The notes below the pieces were generated by a model. The model had not been told where the DNA came from, ran no database searches, and saw only the letters and a list, made by a program, of their open reading frames with translations. DNA of 64,000 bases. It comes from an uncultured archaeon. GTDB lineage: Archaea; Asgardarchaeota; Hermodarchaeia; Hermodarchaeales; Hermodarchaeaceae. The DNA is taken from positions 32,001 to 96,000 of the forward strand of contig CAYFXC010000004.1 of the NCBI GenBank assembly GCA_964347045.1. The letters run 5' to 3'. Shown in pieces: positions 10,046 to 18,789 of this stretch. A program made the translations under genes and the position numbers. Each line of letters starts with the position of its first letter. Position 1 is the stretch's first letter.

Positions 10046-11623
10046 CTAGGAGAACTCTCGGGCTTGTTTTTCTAAGATTCGTTTCGCAATCTTGCCTGCA
10101 CTGGTTTTGGGTAGCTCAGCTACAAAGACAAGACGTTTGGGTACTTTGTACCGGGCTAGTTTCGATTGCATGAACTCCACTAGGTCGTTTTCCGAAATTT
10201 TAGTATCCTGTTTCAAAACGATGAAAGCACATCCCACTTCACCCCATTTCTCATCGGGAATTCCTACAACTGCTGCTTGATCAACAGCGGGGTGTTCATC
10301 AAGTACACGTTCAATTTCGATGGGAAAGACGTTTTCTCCGCCTGAGATGAATAGTTCTTTCTTCCGACCTGCAATGTAGTAGAATCCATCTGAATCTTGG
10401 CGAGCTAGATCACCAGTGTGAATCCAGCCATCTGGTTCGATAACATCTTGAGTGGCTTGAGGGTTATTCCAGTATCCGCTGAAGGCATGAGGACCTCGAA
10501 GAAGGAGTTCACCCACTTCACCTTGCAACACGTCTTGAAGTTCATCATTGACAATTCGGACGCCATTATGAAAAAAAGGGAGACCCACGGCAGTCGGTTT
10601 CGTTTTTGAGGCACCATGAGGCATGTAGAAATTATTGGGTCCGACTTCTGTTAGTCCGTAGCCCATGGCAAATTCTTGGTGACGATTCCAAAAGGGCTCC
10701 ATAATTGAGACTGGGCAGGGGGCTCCCCCACTTAGCCAGAACCGAACTGAGCTGAAATCAGTCTTGGTGAAGGCTGGTGTGTTAATCATCATGTGGTACA
10801 TTGTAGGGACGCCGATGATTATGGTGCAGTGTTCTTCCTCGATGCGTCGAAGAGTATCAACCGCGTCAAATTGCCTCCAGAGAATTACTCGAGCCCCAAC
10901 ATGGAACAGTGGAATGAGGAGCACATTCCAACCCCCTGTGTGATACAGTGGAAAAATAATGGGACACACATCTGCTGGACCGAGCCCCCAGCAGACTATA
11001 GTGTTTACTGAATTCCAGAATATATGTCGGTGAGAGAGGACCGCCCCTTTCGGTGAACCGGTCGTTCCCCCTGTAGGAAGAATGAAGAAAGGGTCTTCAA
11101 AACCGAGCGAAGGGCGGGGTGGGGGTGTGGTGGGTTGATTGTTAAGCAGTTGTTTGTAAGATTGGAAGTTTTTGAGAGACGTTTTGTCTACGGCTAGGAA
11201 GTGCTTGAGACTCGGTACGTTTGGACGGAATTCGTCGATTGTATTATCGAAGGCGCCTTCGTAGATGAGTACAGCGGGTGTGGTGTTCGTTAGGTATTTT
11301 TGGTGTTCCACCGGGGTTAGTCGGACATTGAGTGGGACAAGGATGGCTCCGAGTTTTCCACAAGCCGAGAAGGCATCAATACACTCGATGCGGTTGTGGA
11401 GAAGGAACGCTACACGGTCGCCTTTCTTGATACTGTATTTAGTGGAGAGGAGATGTGCAAGTCGATTGCCTCTGATATCGAGCTCTGCATAGGAATAACG
11501 GCGTTCAGTGGAGGAATCGAGGAGAGCTTCTTGGTTAGGTGTTAGTGCGGCGCGACGTCCGAACCAGTCACCAATCCATTGCCAGTTCTCGGGGGGATTG
11601 ATGTTCATCATCGTGTTTCGCAC
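10046..11623 (-). CDS. AMP-dependent acyl-CoA synthetase
   Basis: TGGTTGSPKG P-loop, GYGLTE, TGDL, SGGENVFP, PKTSAGKI. Confidence 0.92.
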   Translation of the reverse strand: MRNTMMNINPPENWQWIGDWFGRRAALTPNQEALLDSSTERRYSYAELDIRGNRLAHLLSTKYSIKKGDRVAFLLHNRIECIDAFSACGKLGAILVPLNVRLTPVEHQKYLTNTTPAVLIYEGAFDNTIDEFRPNVPSLKHFLAVDKTSLKNFQSYKQLLNNQPTTPPPRPSLGFEDPFFILPTGGTTGSPKGAVLSHRHIFWNSVNTIVCWGLGPADVCPIIFPLYHTGGWNVLLIPLFHVGARVILWRQFDAVDTLRRIEEEHCTIIIGVPTMYHMMINTPAFTKTDFSSVRFWLSGGAPCPVSIMEPFWNRHQEFAMGYGLTEVGPNNFYMPHGASKTKPTAVGLPFFHNGVRIVNDELQDVLQGEVGELLLRGPHAFSGYWNNPQATQDVIEPDGWIHTGDLARQDSDGFYYIAGRKKELFISGGENVFPIEIERVLDEHPAVDQAAVVGIPDEKWGEVGCAFIVLKQDTKISENDLVEFMQSKLARYKVPKRLVFVAELPKTSAGKIAKRILEKQAREFS

Positions 11624-11647
11624 CGAAGGATTTGTATCCCTTTGGGA

Positions 11648-12427
11648 TTAGGTGGATGCATCGACTTCTCTAAGGAAGTCGAGGACCAGCTTGTTAAATT
11701 CTGCAGGGTTATCGACTGGTGTCATGTGAGAGGCGCCTTTCATGACTACAAATTTTGATTTGGGAATCCAGCTTTTCAGTTGTTCAGCATGCCACATGGG
11801 AACTGTTTCATCCTTTTCTCCTTGAATGATAAGAACAGGACTACGGATTTTTTTCAAATCATTTGCAATGTTAAAGCCAGCAGTCGAAAGAATCGCCAAA
11901 CGATAATCATTGCGATCCACACGTCGAATCATTTCTCGAACATGGATTTTGGCTTCATCAGAAGCTAATCGCAAGATTTTCTTTGTACCCCAGTCTGCAA
12001 ACCAGTTCATGTCATGCTCACTGATAAGGGTCAGTCGGTCGCTAACAGCGTAGTCAGCAATCATGGCGGCAGAATCAGCAAGAACCAGACCCTTCACAAC
12101 TTGAGGATATTTTATCGCAAGCACCTCAGCGACCATACCACCCATTGAGAGACCACAAACATGGGTTTGAGTGATGTTCAAATGTTGCAGAAGCATAAAG
12201 AGGTCATCAGCATGCGAGTGAACCCGGTATTCCTTGCGAGGCTTAGTAGATTTGCCAAATCCCTTTAAGTCGACCATGATGGTCCGATAATGCTTAGCAA
12301 ATGGTTCAACTTGGTATCGCCAGCTGGATAAATCACTTAACAATCCATGAATAAGGAGGAGCGGATAACCTTCACCTCTTTCTTTAAAGTTGAGTATTAT
12401 ATCGTCATATACTTGAACTTCTGGCAT
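11648..12427 (-). CDS. Alpha/beta hydrolase
   Basis: LIHG oxyanion motif, GLSMGG nucleophile elbow, GEKD, ASH. Confidence 0.9.
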   Translation of the reverse strand: MPEVQVYDDIILNFKERGEGYPLLLIHGLLSDLSSWRYQVEPFAKHYRTIMVDLKGFGKSTKPRKEYRVHSHADDLFMLLQHLNITQTHVCGLSMGGMVAEVLAIKYPQVVKGLVLADSAAMIADYAVSDRLTLISEHDMNWFADWGTKKILRLASDEAKIHVREMIRRVDRNDYRLAILSTAGFNIANDLKKIRSPVLIIQGEKDETVPMWHAEQLKSWIPKSKFVVMKGASHMTPVDNPAEFNKLVLDFLREVDAST

Positions 12428-12536
12428 GCAAGAACCTCATTTGTGCCAACAACATTAGAAGGGTCACCAATTCACGCTTAAATATCTTAACTGCATGATA
12501 TAGGATTCGTCATAACGATCAACAGGTGTTGATAAA

Positions 12537-13775
12537 ATGACAGAAGACACACCATTTGAAGATCAGATGTGGCGTCCAGTTATCACAGAGCGTCGTTGGA
12601 ATTGGATTGTTTCAGGTTTAGTTAATTTCATCATTGTATTCATCGTTGCCCTAGTATTCTGGTATATCTTTATGGACTGGCGATTCTCCCTCTTTTACTG
12701 GTCGGGGTGGCTATTCCTAGGATCTGCAATAGCAGGATGGGGAATCCTCATTGTAGTATTTCAAATCTGGTTTGACCATTACCTATCATCCAAGATGAAA
12801 AGTCTAATTACTCAAGGAATTGTGGGAACAATACTCAATATCGTTGGCATCGCAGTAGTTATCGCTGTTTTCTGGTTCATCATCGGTCCGTACATGATTC
12901 CAATGTTTAGTCCCTATGCTCTCATGAATGTTTCTGCAATCGGAGGGAACTGGTATCTCGCACTCTTCCTTTCATCTGCAGCAATTGGTACGATACTCTC
13001 CTGTGGTTTCAGTTTTGCATCCATTTGGGCGGCTGGAGGCATCTATTGGCCATTTACAGAATTAGAGCAACCCAAACGTGGCTTCGCAGTTATGCTTCTA
13101 GCAACTGTCATCACCACCCTAACATGGCTAATCCTCTACTGGCCCTTTCAAATCGCCACAGCGCTTCCTCCTGTTACAACGACAGTTGATTGGACAATTT
13201 GGACCGCTTGGCCGTTCTGGGCATACGACCCCATTGCTGGCGAAGTCAACAATGGTGGCGCCTACCTATCCCTAGCGTTTACTCAGTGGATTATCGTGTT
13301 TGGATTAATGACCCTTATGACTTGGGAATATCAGCCATGGAAAGCCTTGAAGAAACAACCGTGGATTGGTTTGGCGGCATTAATTGGTTGCACTCTCCTT
13401 GGTGGCCTTTTCGCGTTCTTTATAATGCCAACTCTACTCTCCGGAATAATGTTGACAATGGGGTTTGCCGCAATGCACGGATTCTCCGCTTGGATTGCAG
13501 TTTTTATCATACTTCTCATATTCATCTGGACTCAATACTTCGGTAACTGGCCAACTCGATTCAATACCATAGTGAACATTCTAGTCCGGACTGTAATAGT
13601 TGTCGTACTCGGGATTATCAGCCTCTACATATACTTCTTAGTCTCACCGATTCTATTAGGTGATTTCCTCCTAACGGGAATATATAATCCAGTTAATTGG
13701 GTACTTTGGCTGCTCTGGGCTATGTTGATTCATGTATACATCTGGAAACGCGCACCAGGCTGGAAGAGCGTTTAG
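12537..13775 (+). CDS. Polytopic membrane protein with internal WP/QP repeats (putative transporter)
   Basis: 412 aa, about 11 TM segments; recurring (W/Y)xxWP...QP..G motifs. Confidence 0.65.
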   Translation: MTEDTPFEDQMWRPVITERRWNWIVSGLVNFIIVFIVALVFWYIFMDWRFSLFYWSGWLFLGSAIAGWGILIVVFQIWFDHYLSSKMKSLITQGIVGTILNIVGIAVVIAVFWFIIGPYMIPMFSPYALMNVSAIGGNWYLALFLSSAAIGTILSCGFSFASIWAAGGIYWPFTELEQPKRGFAVMLLATVITTLTWLILYWPFQIATALPPVTTTVDWTIWTAWPFWAYDPIAGEVNNGGAYLSLAFTQWIIVFGLMTLMTWEYQPWKALKKQPWIGLAALIGCTLLGGLFAFFIMPTLLSGIMLTMGFAAMHGFSAWIAVFIILLIFIWTQYFGNWPTRFNTIVNILVRTVIVVVLGIISLYIYFLVSPILLGDFLLTGIYNPVNWVLWLLWAMLIHVYIWKRAPGWKSV

Positions 13776-13813
13776 TAAATCAGGTGAGCAAAACTACAAG
13801 GAATTTTAAAACG

Positions 13814-13835
13814 TTCTTCCTCTTCCCCTTTTTTT
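13814..13835 (+). terminator. Pyrimidine/oligo-T archaeal terminator-like tract
   Basis: ttcttcctcttccccttttttt downstream of the stop, between convergent genes. Confidence 0.45.
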
Positions 13836-13846
13836 AGAACATGCGT

Positions 13847-14452
13847 CTAGAAAAGACCTAGAATATTTCCTAGACTGATGATTGCAAGAGCAATGAATAA
13901 AATTCCTAAGAGATCGCCTACAGTTGTTGTCAACGGAGGAATAACACTATCTGGATCTCGTCCAAACCTGTATACGATTCGAGCAGAGAAGAGTCCGATT
14001 ATACTGGTGCAGGCCGTAGCTAGCACTCCGGCCCCAATAATGGCAAGAAATAGCCATGGGAAACCCCAAGCAGGAAATATCGGTCCAATTATGGAAGCTA
14101 ACCATATAGCGATGCCGATGACACATATGCCCAAGAAAGCATAGGCTGTAGTGGAAATCAGAAGAATTGCCAAAAAATTAGTAATGAGTAAGCGATAGGG
14201 TCGAAAACTAGCATCGAGTTCACCTGTGTACAAGTGGCTCGTTGCTCGGGCACCAACCACGCCAGCAAGGTCACCTGTAACATCGATGAACGCGGGGATC
14301 ATGAGTAGAATTAGGGGGAAGATAATTTTGAGACCCTCAAGAGTGTAATCGAGAAATTGTCCAGCAATTAGGGCGAAGACTATGACGAGGCCGAGAACGG
14401 GGAGACTCTCAACGAGGATTTTCCGCACATTATTTTTTGTCAAATTTTTCAC
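13847..14452 (-). CDS. MgtE/SLC41 integral membrane domain protein
   Basis: IPAFIDVTGD, DPDSVIPPLTTTVGD. Confidence 0.85.
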   Translation of the reverse strand: MKNLTKNNVRKILVESLPVLGLVIVFALIAGQFLDYTLEGLKIIFPLILLMIPAFIDVTGDLAGVVGARATSHLYTGELDASFRPYRLLITNFLAILLISTTAYAFLGICVIGIAIWLASIIGPIFPAWGFPWLFLAIIGAGVLATACTSIIGLFSARIVYRFGRDPDSVIPPLTTTVGDLLGILFIALAIISLGNILGLF

Positions 14453-14456
14453 CTTT

Positions 14457-15086
14457 TCATGTTACTACAGGGAGTGGGGGGATGAGTGTAATAGCTAGCA
14501 AAATAGCGATGAGCAGGCAGCCGATGGTGATAATGTCACCAATTGCAGCTACTATAGGAATAGTTACGTTGTCAGGATCAAGACCACGAGCGTGAGCAAG
14601 CAGAGCCACTGTAACCGTAATGGTTACTTGAAAAACACTAGCAAGCAATGCAGTTACCATGGCAATAATGATAAAATGTGGTAAAATCAATATCAATCCA
14701 CCTCGGGGAACCACCAATTGAGTAGCAATTGAAACAGTCCATGCCCCGATCGCTAGTAGAAAGGACATGATAAAGACTAGATAGAATGCTACCTTGATAT
14801 TAGCACGGAGGGGTTCGTTAAGACCTTGTTTCCAAGAAATTGTGCCTAGATGTGTACCTGATCCCAAACGTTGTGCAAGGCTGGTGGATATATTACCGCG
14901 CAGTTGCATGAGACCAGGAATTAGGATAAAAAGCCCGATGAGACTAGCGAATGTGATATCGAGGCTAAGAAGAAGAGTGCCTGCAAACAGCTCCGCTAAG
15001 ACTGTGAAGAGTACGACGGGCATCGCTTCGCGGTACACCCGCCAAATCAATGTACGCCCATATGAGCGGCCGTTGGCCATCCCCAT
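14457..15086 (-). CDS. MgtE/SLC41 integral membrane domain protein
   Basis: PGLMQLRGNI, DPDNVTIPIVAAIGD. Start at 15086 or 15080 after a GGTGA SD. Confidence 0.85.
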   Translation of the reverse strand: MGMANGRSYGRTLIWRVYREAMPVVLFTVLAELFAGTLLLSLDITFASLIGLFILIPGLMQLRGNISTSLAQRLGSGTHLGTISWKQGLNEPLRANIKVAFYLVFIMSFLLAIGAWTVSIATQLVVPRGGLILILPHFIIIAMVTALLASVFQVTITVTVALLAHARGLDPDNVTIPIVAAIGDIITIGCLLIAILLAITLIPPLPVVT

Positions 15087-15369
15087 CGTCATCACCTTGC
15101 AAGTTGGCAGAGGTCAGCGCGGTTCGGCGTTGGCCTAGTCGAATGTAATCAGTCATTGGTTAGTCACCCTTTTGGAGCTTTGTATTACGCGCCTGTATTT
15201 TAGGCACGCTTATCGGCATAGCTGGAAATAATCAATAAATATGTTTCGTCCATTTAAATAATAAAACTCTGAAAACATGGAGCACTTATATGTTCTAAAC
15301 CCTTGAACAGCATCTTCGAGAGTGTTCTATTCCTTAGATTAATGGATAACGGAGATACCATCTACTTTT

Positions 15370-17232
15370 ATGCCAAGTTATCCTCGTATTTTATTGATAG
15401 TTCAAAATCGAGTACGACGAGCGCTCCCTAGACTTCGAAATGTGCTATTAGTTCTATTGATGATTGGTGGCTCGGTGTTCCTTAGCATTTATATTGGAAC
15501 CAGTAACCCTCCAGCGAATCTTCAGCAGTTTTCTTCAATATCAGAATTATCCCAACATATTAGATCTCATAACCCTCCGCCTCTGATCGGGATGCCTGAA
15601 TTTCCAGGGATTTTTTTGGGGCTGGGTACTGGTAATCCTGGGGGACAACCTCCAAGTTTAGAAGGAACTAGTGGTTACTCAACAACTAATATACAGGTTG
15701 AGGGAGTCGACGAACCAGATATCGTAAAAACCGATGGTTCGTACATTTACACAATCATTGATACAGAAATTGTCGTAATTGAAACATACCCTCCTACATC
15801 GGCAGAAGTTATTGCCCGTATCCAATCGTCTGAAACCCCTGAAGCCCTTTTCTTATTTGCATCTACAAAGCTTGTTGTTTTAGCAGTTGACCAAGGATTA
15901 ACCATCATTGAGATTTATGATGTCTCTAACCCAAGGTCAATAATTCAAAGTTCTAGAGTGACAATTTCGGGAAGATACAGAGGAGCTCGAATGATTGGTC
16001 CGCACTTATACCTCATCGCTTCTGCTTTTGCAGGTGATGGAAGCAGCGACGATATTCCAACAATTGTAATCGGGAGTAATCGTAGAACAATTTCTATCCA
16101 AGATGTTTACTATGATCCTGGTGAATATGATTGGAGTTTTTGTTTCCAAATGATCATTAGCTTGGATGTTTTTGATGTCGAGGCAAGCTTGAATACAGAA
16201 ACTATTCTAACGGGTAGCTCCACAAGTACACTTTATTCTTCACTAAATAACATCTACTTGGCTATCTCACGGTATCCAATATTCTCACGTAATTGGTTTG
16301 ATAAGCAAACTACAATACATCGATTCGAATTGACTAATGGAGGAGTGTCGTATCAAGCAAGTGGATATGTACCAGGCTATCTAATAAATCAGTTTGCGTT
16401 AGATGAGTCAGGCGGCTATCTTCGTGTCGCAACAACAAGTTTGGTGTTTTCAATTCAAAATGAGGCTGAATGGTTTCAAGTAAGTAATGTGTACATTTTG
16501 GATATGGAGTTAAAAACATGTGGACGAGTAGAAGGATTGGCACCTGGTGAACAGATTTACTCAGTACGGTTTATCGGAAACACTGGATACCTAGTAACAT
16601 TTTGGAAAGTTGATCCCTTGTTCCTAATTGATCTGACTGATCCATTCTTTCCTCGGCTGATGGGTGAATTAGTAATGCCTGGATACTCGGACTATCTACA
16701 TCCCCTCGATAATGGGTTTTTGCTCGGAATTGGGAAAGAAACAGTAGTAAGTGAGTCAGGGGATTTTTGGTGGTATCAAGGGGTTAAGGTTAGTCTATTC
16801 AATACTACAGACCCATCTTCTCCGGATGAAACTGATCGCTTAGTGATTGGTGTGCGGGGAACGGATTCGGATGTATTACATGATCACAGGGCAATCTTGG
16901 TTGATACACAGAGGGATTTCTTTGCAATGCCAATTCTGTTATGTGAATATGTAAACATATCCAATCCTGAACCGAATTTACCAGGCACACCTGTGTGGCA
17001 AGGCGTTTACATGTTTAAAACTAACACTAGTAATGGTGACGTAGAACTTTGGGGCAAAATTTCGCACCTTGAAGACTCTGAAGGATTCCCAGAGAACCAT
17101 TGGAAATTACAGGCGTATTTCATTCATAGAAGCCTATACATTGGTGATGTGCTTTACACGCTCTCAGCACAAAAGCTCATGTACCATAGTTTAGTAGATC
17201 TTAGCTATATTGGCGAAATTAGTCTTGTTTAG
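15370..17232 (+). CDS. Membrane-anchored beta-propeller domain protein (Beta_propel type)
   Basis: YSTTNIQVEGVDEPDIVKTDG, NQFALDE, EQIYSVRF, DPLFLIDL, PGYSDYLHP; N-terminal TM. Confidence 0.85.
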   Translation: MPSYPRILLIVQNRVRRALPRLRNVLLVLLMIGGSVFLSIYIGTSNPPANLQQFSSISELSQHIRSHNPPPLIGMPEFPGIFLGLGTGNPGGQPPSLEGTSGYSTTNIQVEGVDEPDIVKTDGSYIYTIIDTEIVVIETYPPTSAEVIARIQSSETPEALFLFASTKLVVLAVDQGLTIIEIYDVSNPRSIIQSSRVTISGRYRGARMIGPHLYLIASAFAGDGSSDDIPTIVIGSNRRTISIQDVYYDPGEYDWSFCFQMIISLDVFDVEASLNTETILTGSSTSTLYSSLNNIYLAISRYPIFSRNWFDKQTTIHRFELTNGGVSYQASGYVPGYLINQFALDESGGYLRVATTSLVFSIQNEAEWFQVSNVYILDMELKTCGRVEGLAPGEQIYSVRFIGNTGYLVTFWKVDPLFLIDLTDPFFPRLMGELVMPGYSDYLHPLDNGFLLGIGKETVVSESGDFWWYQGVKVSLFNTTDPSSPDETDRLVIGVRGTDSDVLHDHRAILVDTQRDFFAMPILLCEYVNISNPEPNLPGTPVWQGVYMFKTNTSNGDVELWGKISHLEDSEGFPENHWKLQAYFIHRSLYIGDVLYTLSAQKLMYHSLVDLSYIGEISLV

Positions 17233-17244
17233 GATATGAAAAAT

Positions 17245-18675
17245 TCAAAGCGAAAGAAGATATTGATGAATATTCCGTGCGGCATTTTTTCCCTCGCCCG
17301 CAGCAGCGATGACAGTACCGTCGCCTCCAGTAATATCACCAGCGGCCCAGACATGTGATATAGAGGTTTCTAGTGAATCAGGATCAACAACGACATCACC
17401 CCATCGATCACATTCTAACCCAGGTGTACAACTGGGCACCGAAGGATTTGCTAAGGCACCAATGGCAAAAATCACTGTATCAACAGGAAAGTCAAATTCG
17501 GATCCCTCGATGGGTTCAGGACGGCATCTTCCACTTTCATCCGGATCCCCAAGGCAGTTACGGAGACATCGCATCCTCTTGACACGCATTTGGTCGTCAC
17601 CAACTAGCTCAATGGGTTGAGTAAGAAATTGAAACTCGACCCCTTCTTCTTTTGCATGATAATACTCTTCTCGGCGAACTGGCATTTCATTTTCTGAACG
17701 GCGGTACACGATTTGCACCTTGGAAGCGCCCAAACGAATTGCAGTGCGGGCACTGTCCATTGCTGCGTTTCCGCCGCCGATAACAGCAACAACTTTTCCT
17801 TGGATGATCGGCGTGTCATATTCGGGGAATTGGTAGGCGCGCATGAGATTGACACGAGTAAGGAACTCATTACTGCTATAGCTCCCGATAAGATTTACTC
17901 CAGGAATACGAAGAAATCGTGGTAGACCCGCCCCTGAGGCAAGAAGAATCGCATCATAACCTTGTCCAAAGAGATCGTCAAGAGTATATAATTGACCGAT
18001 GAACGCATTTAATTGAAATTCCACACCAAGTTGTTTTAAGTAATTAATTTCAGCTTTGACTATTGCTTTGGGGAGACGAAACTCTGGAATTCCATAAACA
18101 AGGACACCACCCGGTTCATGCAGGCTTTCAAAAACTGTTACTTGGTGGCCTAAAAGGGCTAGATCTCCTGCAGCCGTAAGGCCACCTGGACCACTCCCAA
18201 CAATTGCAATACGGCGTCCAGTTAGTTTGGGAAGCGGGGGTACTTCGACACCATGCTCCCGTTCCCAATCCGCAAGGAAGCGTTCAATGCGACCAATTTC
18301 GATAGCATATCCTTTCCTATTGAAGATGCAGCCTGCTTGACATTGTGTCTCTTGTGGGCAAACACGACCACAAATAGCTGGGAGACTATTTTTTTCTTTA
18401 ATGATTCGAATAGCCTCTCGATAATCCCGTCCGCGAACAGCTTCTAAAAACCGATCGATTTCAATCTCAACGGGGCACCCTTCAACGCATTTAGGGTTCT
18501 TACAAGCCATACACCGTTCAGCTTCTTGAAGAATCTGATCTTCGGAATATCCAAGATTAACCTCATCAAAATTATTAATCCGATCTTTGGGATCCTGATG
18601 GGGCATCCCTGGTGGCTCAATTAGCCAAGGACGGGGTCGTTCAGATTTTTTTTCTTTGTGTTTACCTGATGTCAT
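17245..18675 (-). CDS. sudA: NfnB/SudA (GltD-like) flavoprotein large subunit
   Basis: RCMACKNPKCVEGCP, CGRVCPQETQC, GSGPGG, YGIPEFRLP, GGGNAAMD, AAGDI. Confidence 0.88.
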   Translation of the reverse strand: MTSGKHKEKKSERPRPWLIEPPGMPHQDPKDRINNFDEVNLGYSEDQILQEAERCMACKNPKCVEGCPVEIEIDRFLEAVRGRDYREAIRIIKEKNSLPAICGRVCPQETQCQAGCIFNRKGYAIEIGRIERFLADWEREHGVEVPPLPKLTGRRIAIVGSGPGGLTAAGDLALLGHQVTVFESLHEPGGVLVYGIPEFRLPKAIVKAEINYLKQLGVEFQLNAFIGQLYTLDDLFGQGYDAILLASGAGLPRFLRIPGVNLIGSYSSNEFLTRVNLMRAYQFPEYDTPIIQGKVVAVIGGGNAAMDSARTAIRLGASKVQIVYRRSENEMPVRREEYYHAKEEGVEFQFLTQPIELVGDDQMRVKRMRCLRNCLGDPDESGRCRPEPIEGSEFDFPVDTVIFAIGALANPSVPSCTPGLECDRWGDVVVDPDSLETSISHVWAAGDITGGDGTVIAAAGEGKNAARNIHQYLLSL

Positions 18676-18789
18676 GTATAACCCTTTGTGAATTGAATTC
18701 CGCTATTCTGGTGCACTTCTAATAGAATTAAAGCCTTCTGAAAATTCAGTGAATGAATATTAAAAAATCACTGTGAAATACAGCCAGTC

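Noticed and set aside
5382-12427. oleABCD olefin biosynthesis cluster
   Set aside because: No OleD-type reductase; the hydrolase has a Ser nucleophile (GLSMG) rather than the Asp of OleB; genes are not in one operon
17245-18675. Glutamate synthase small subunit
   Set aside because: No gltB domains in the window, while a SudB/NfnA partner is present
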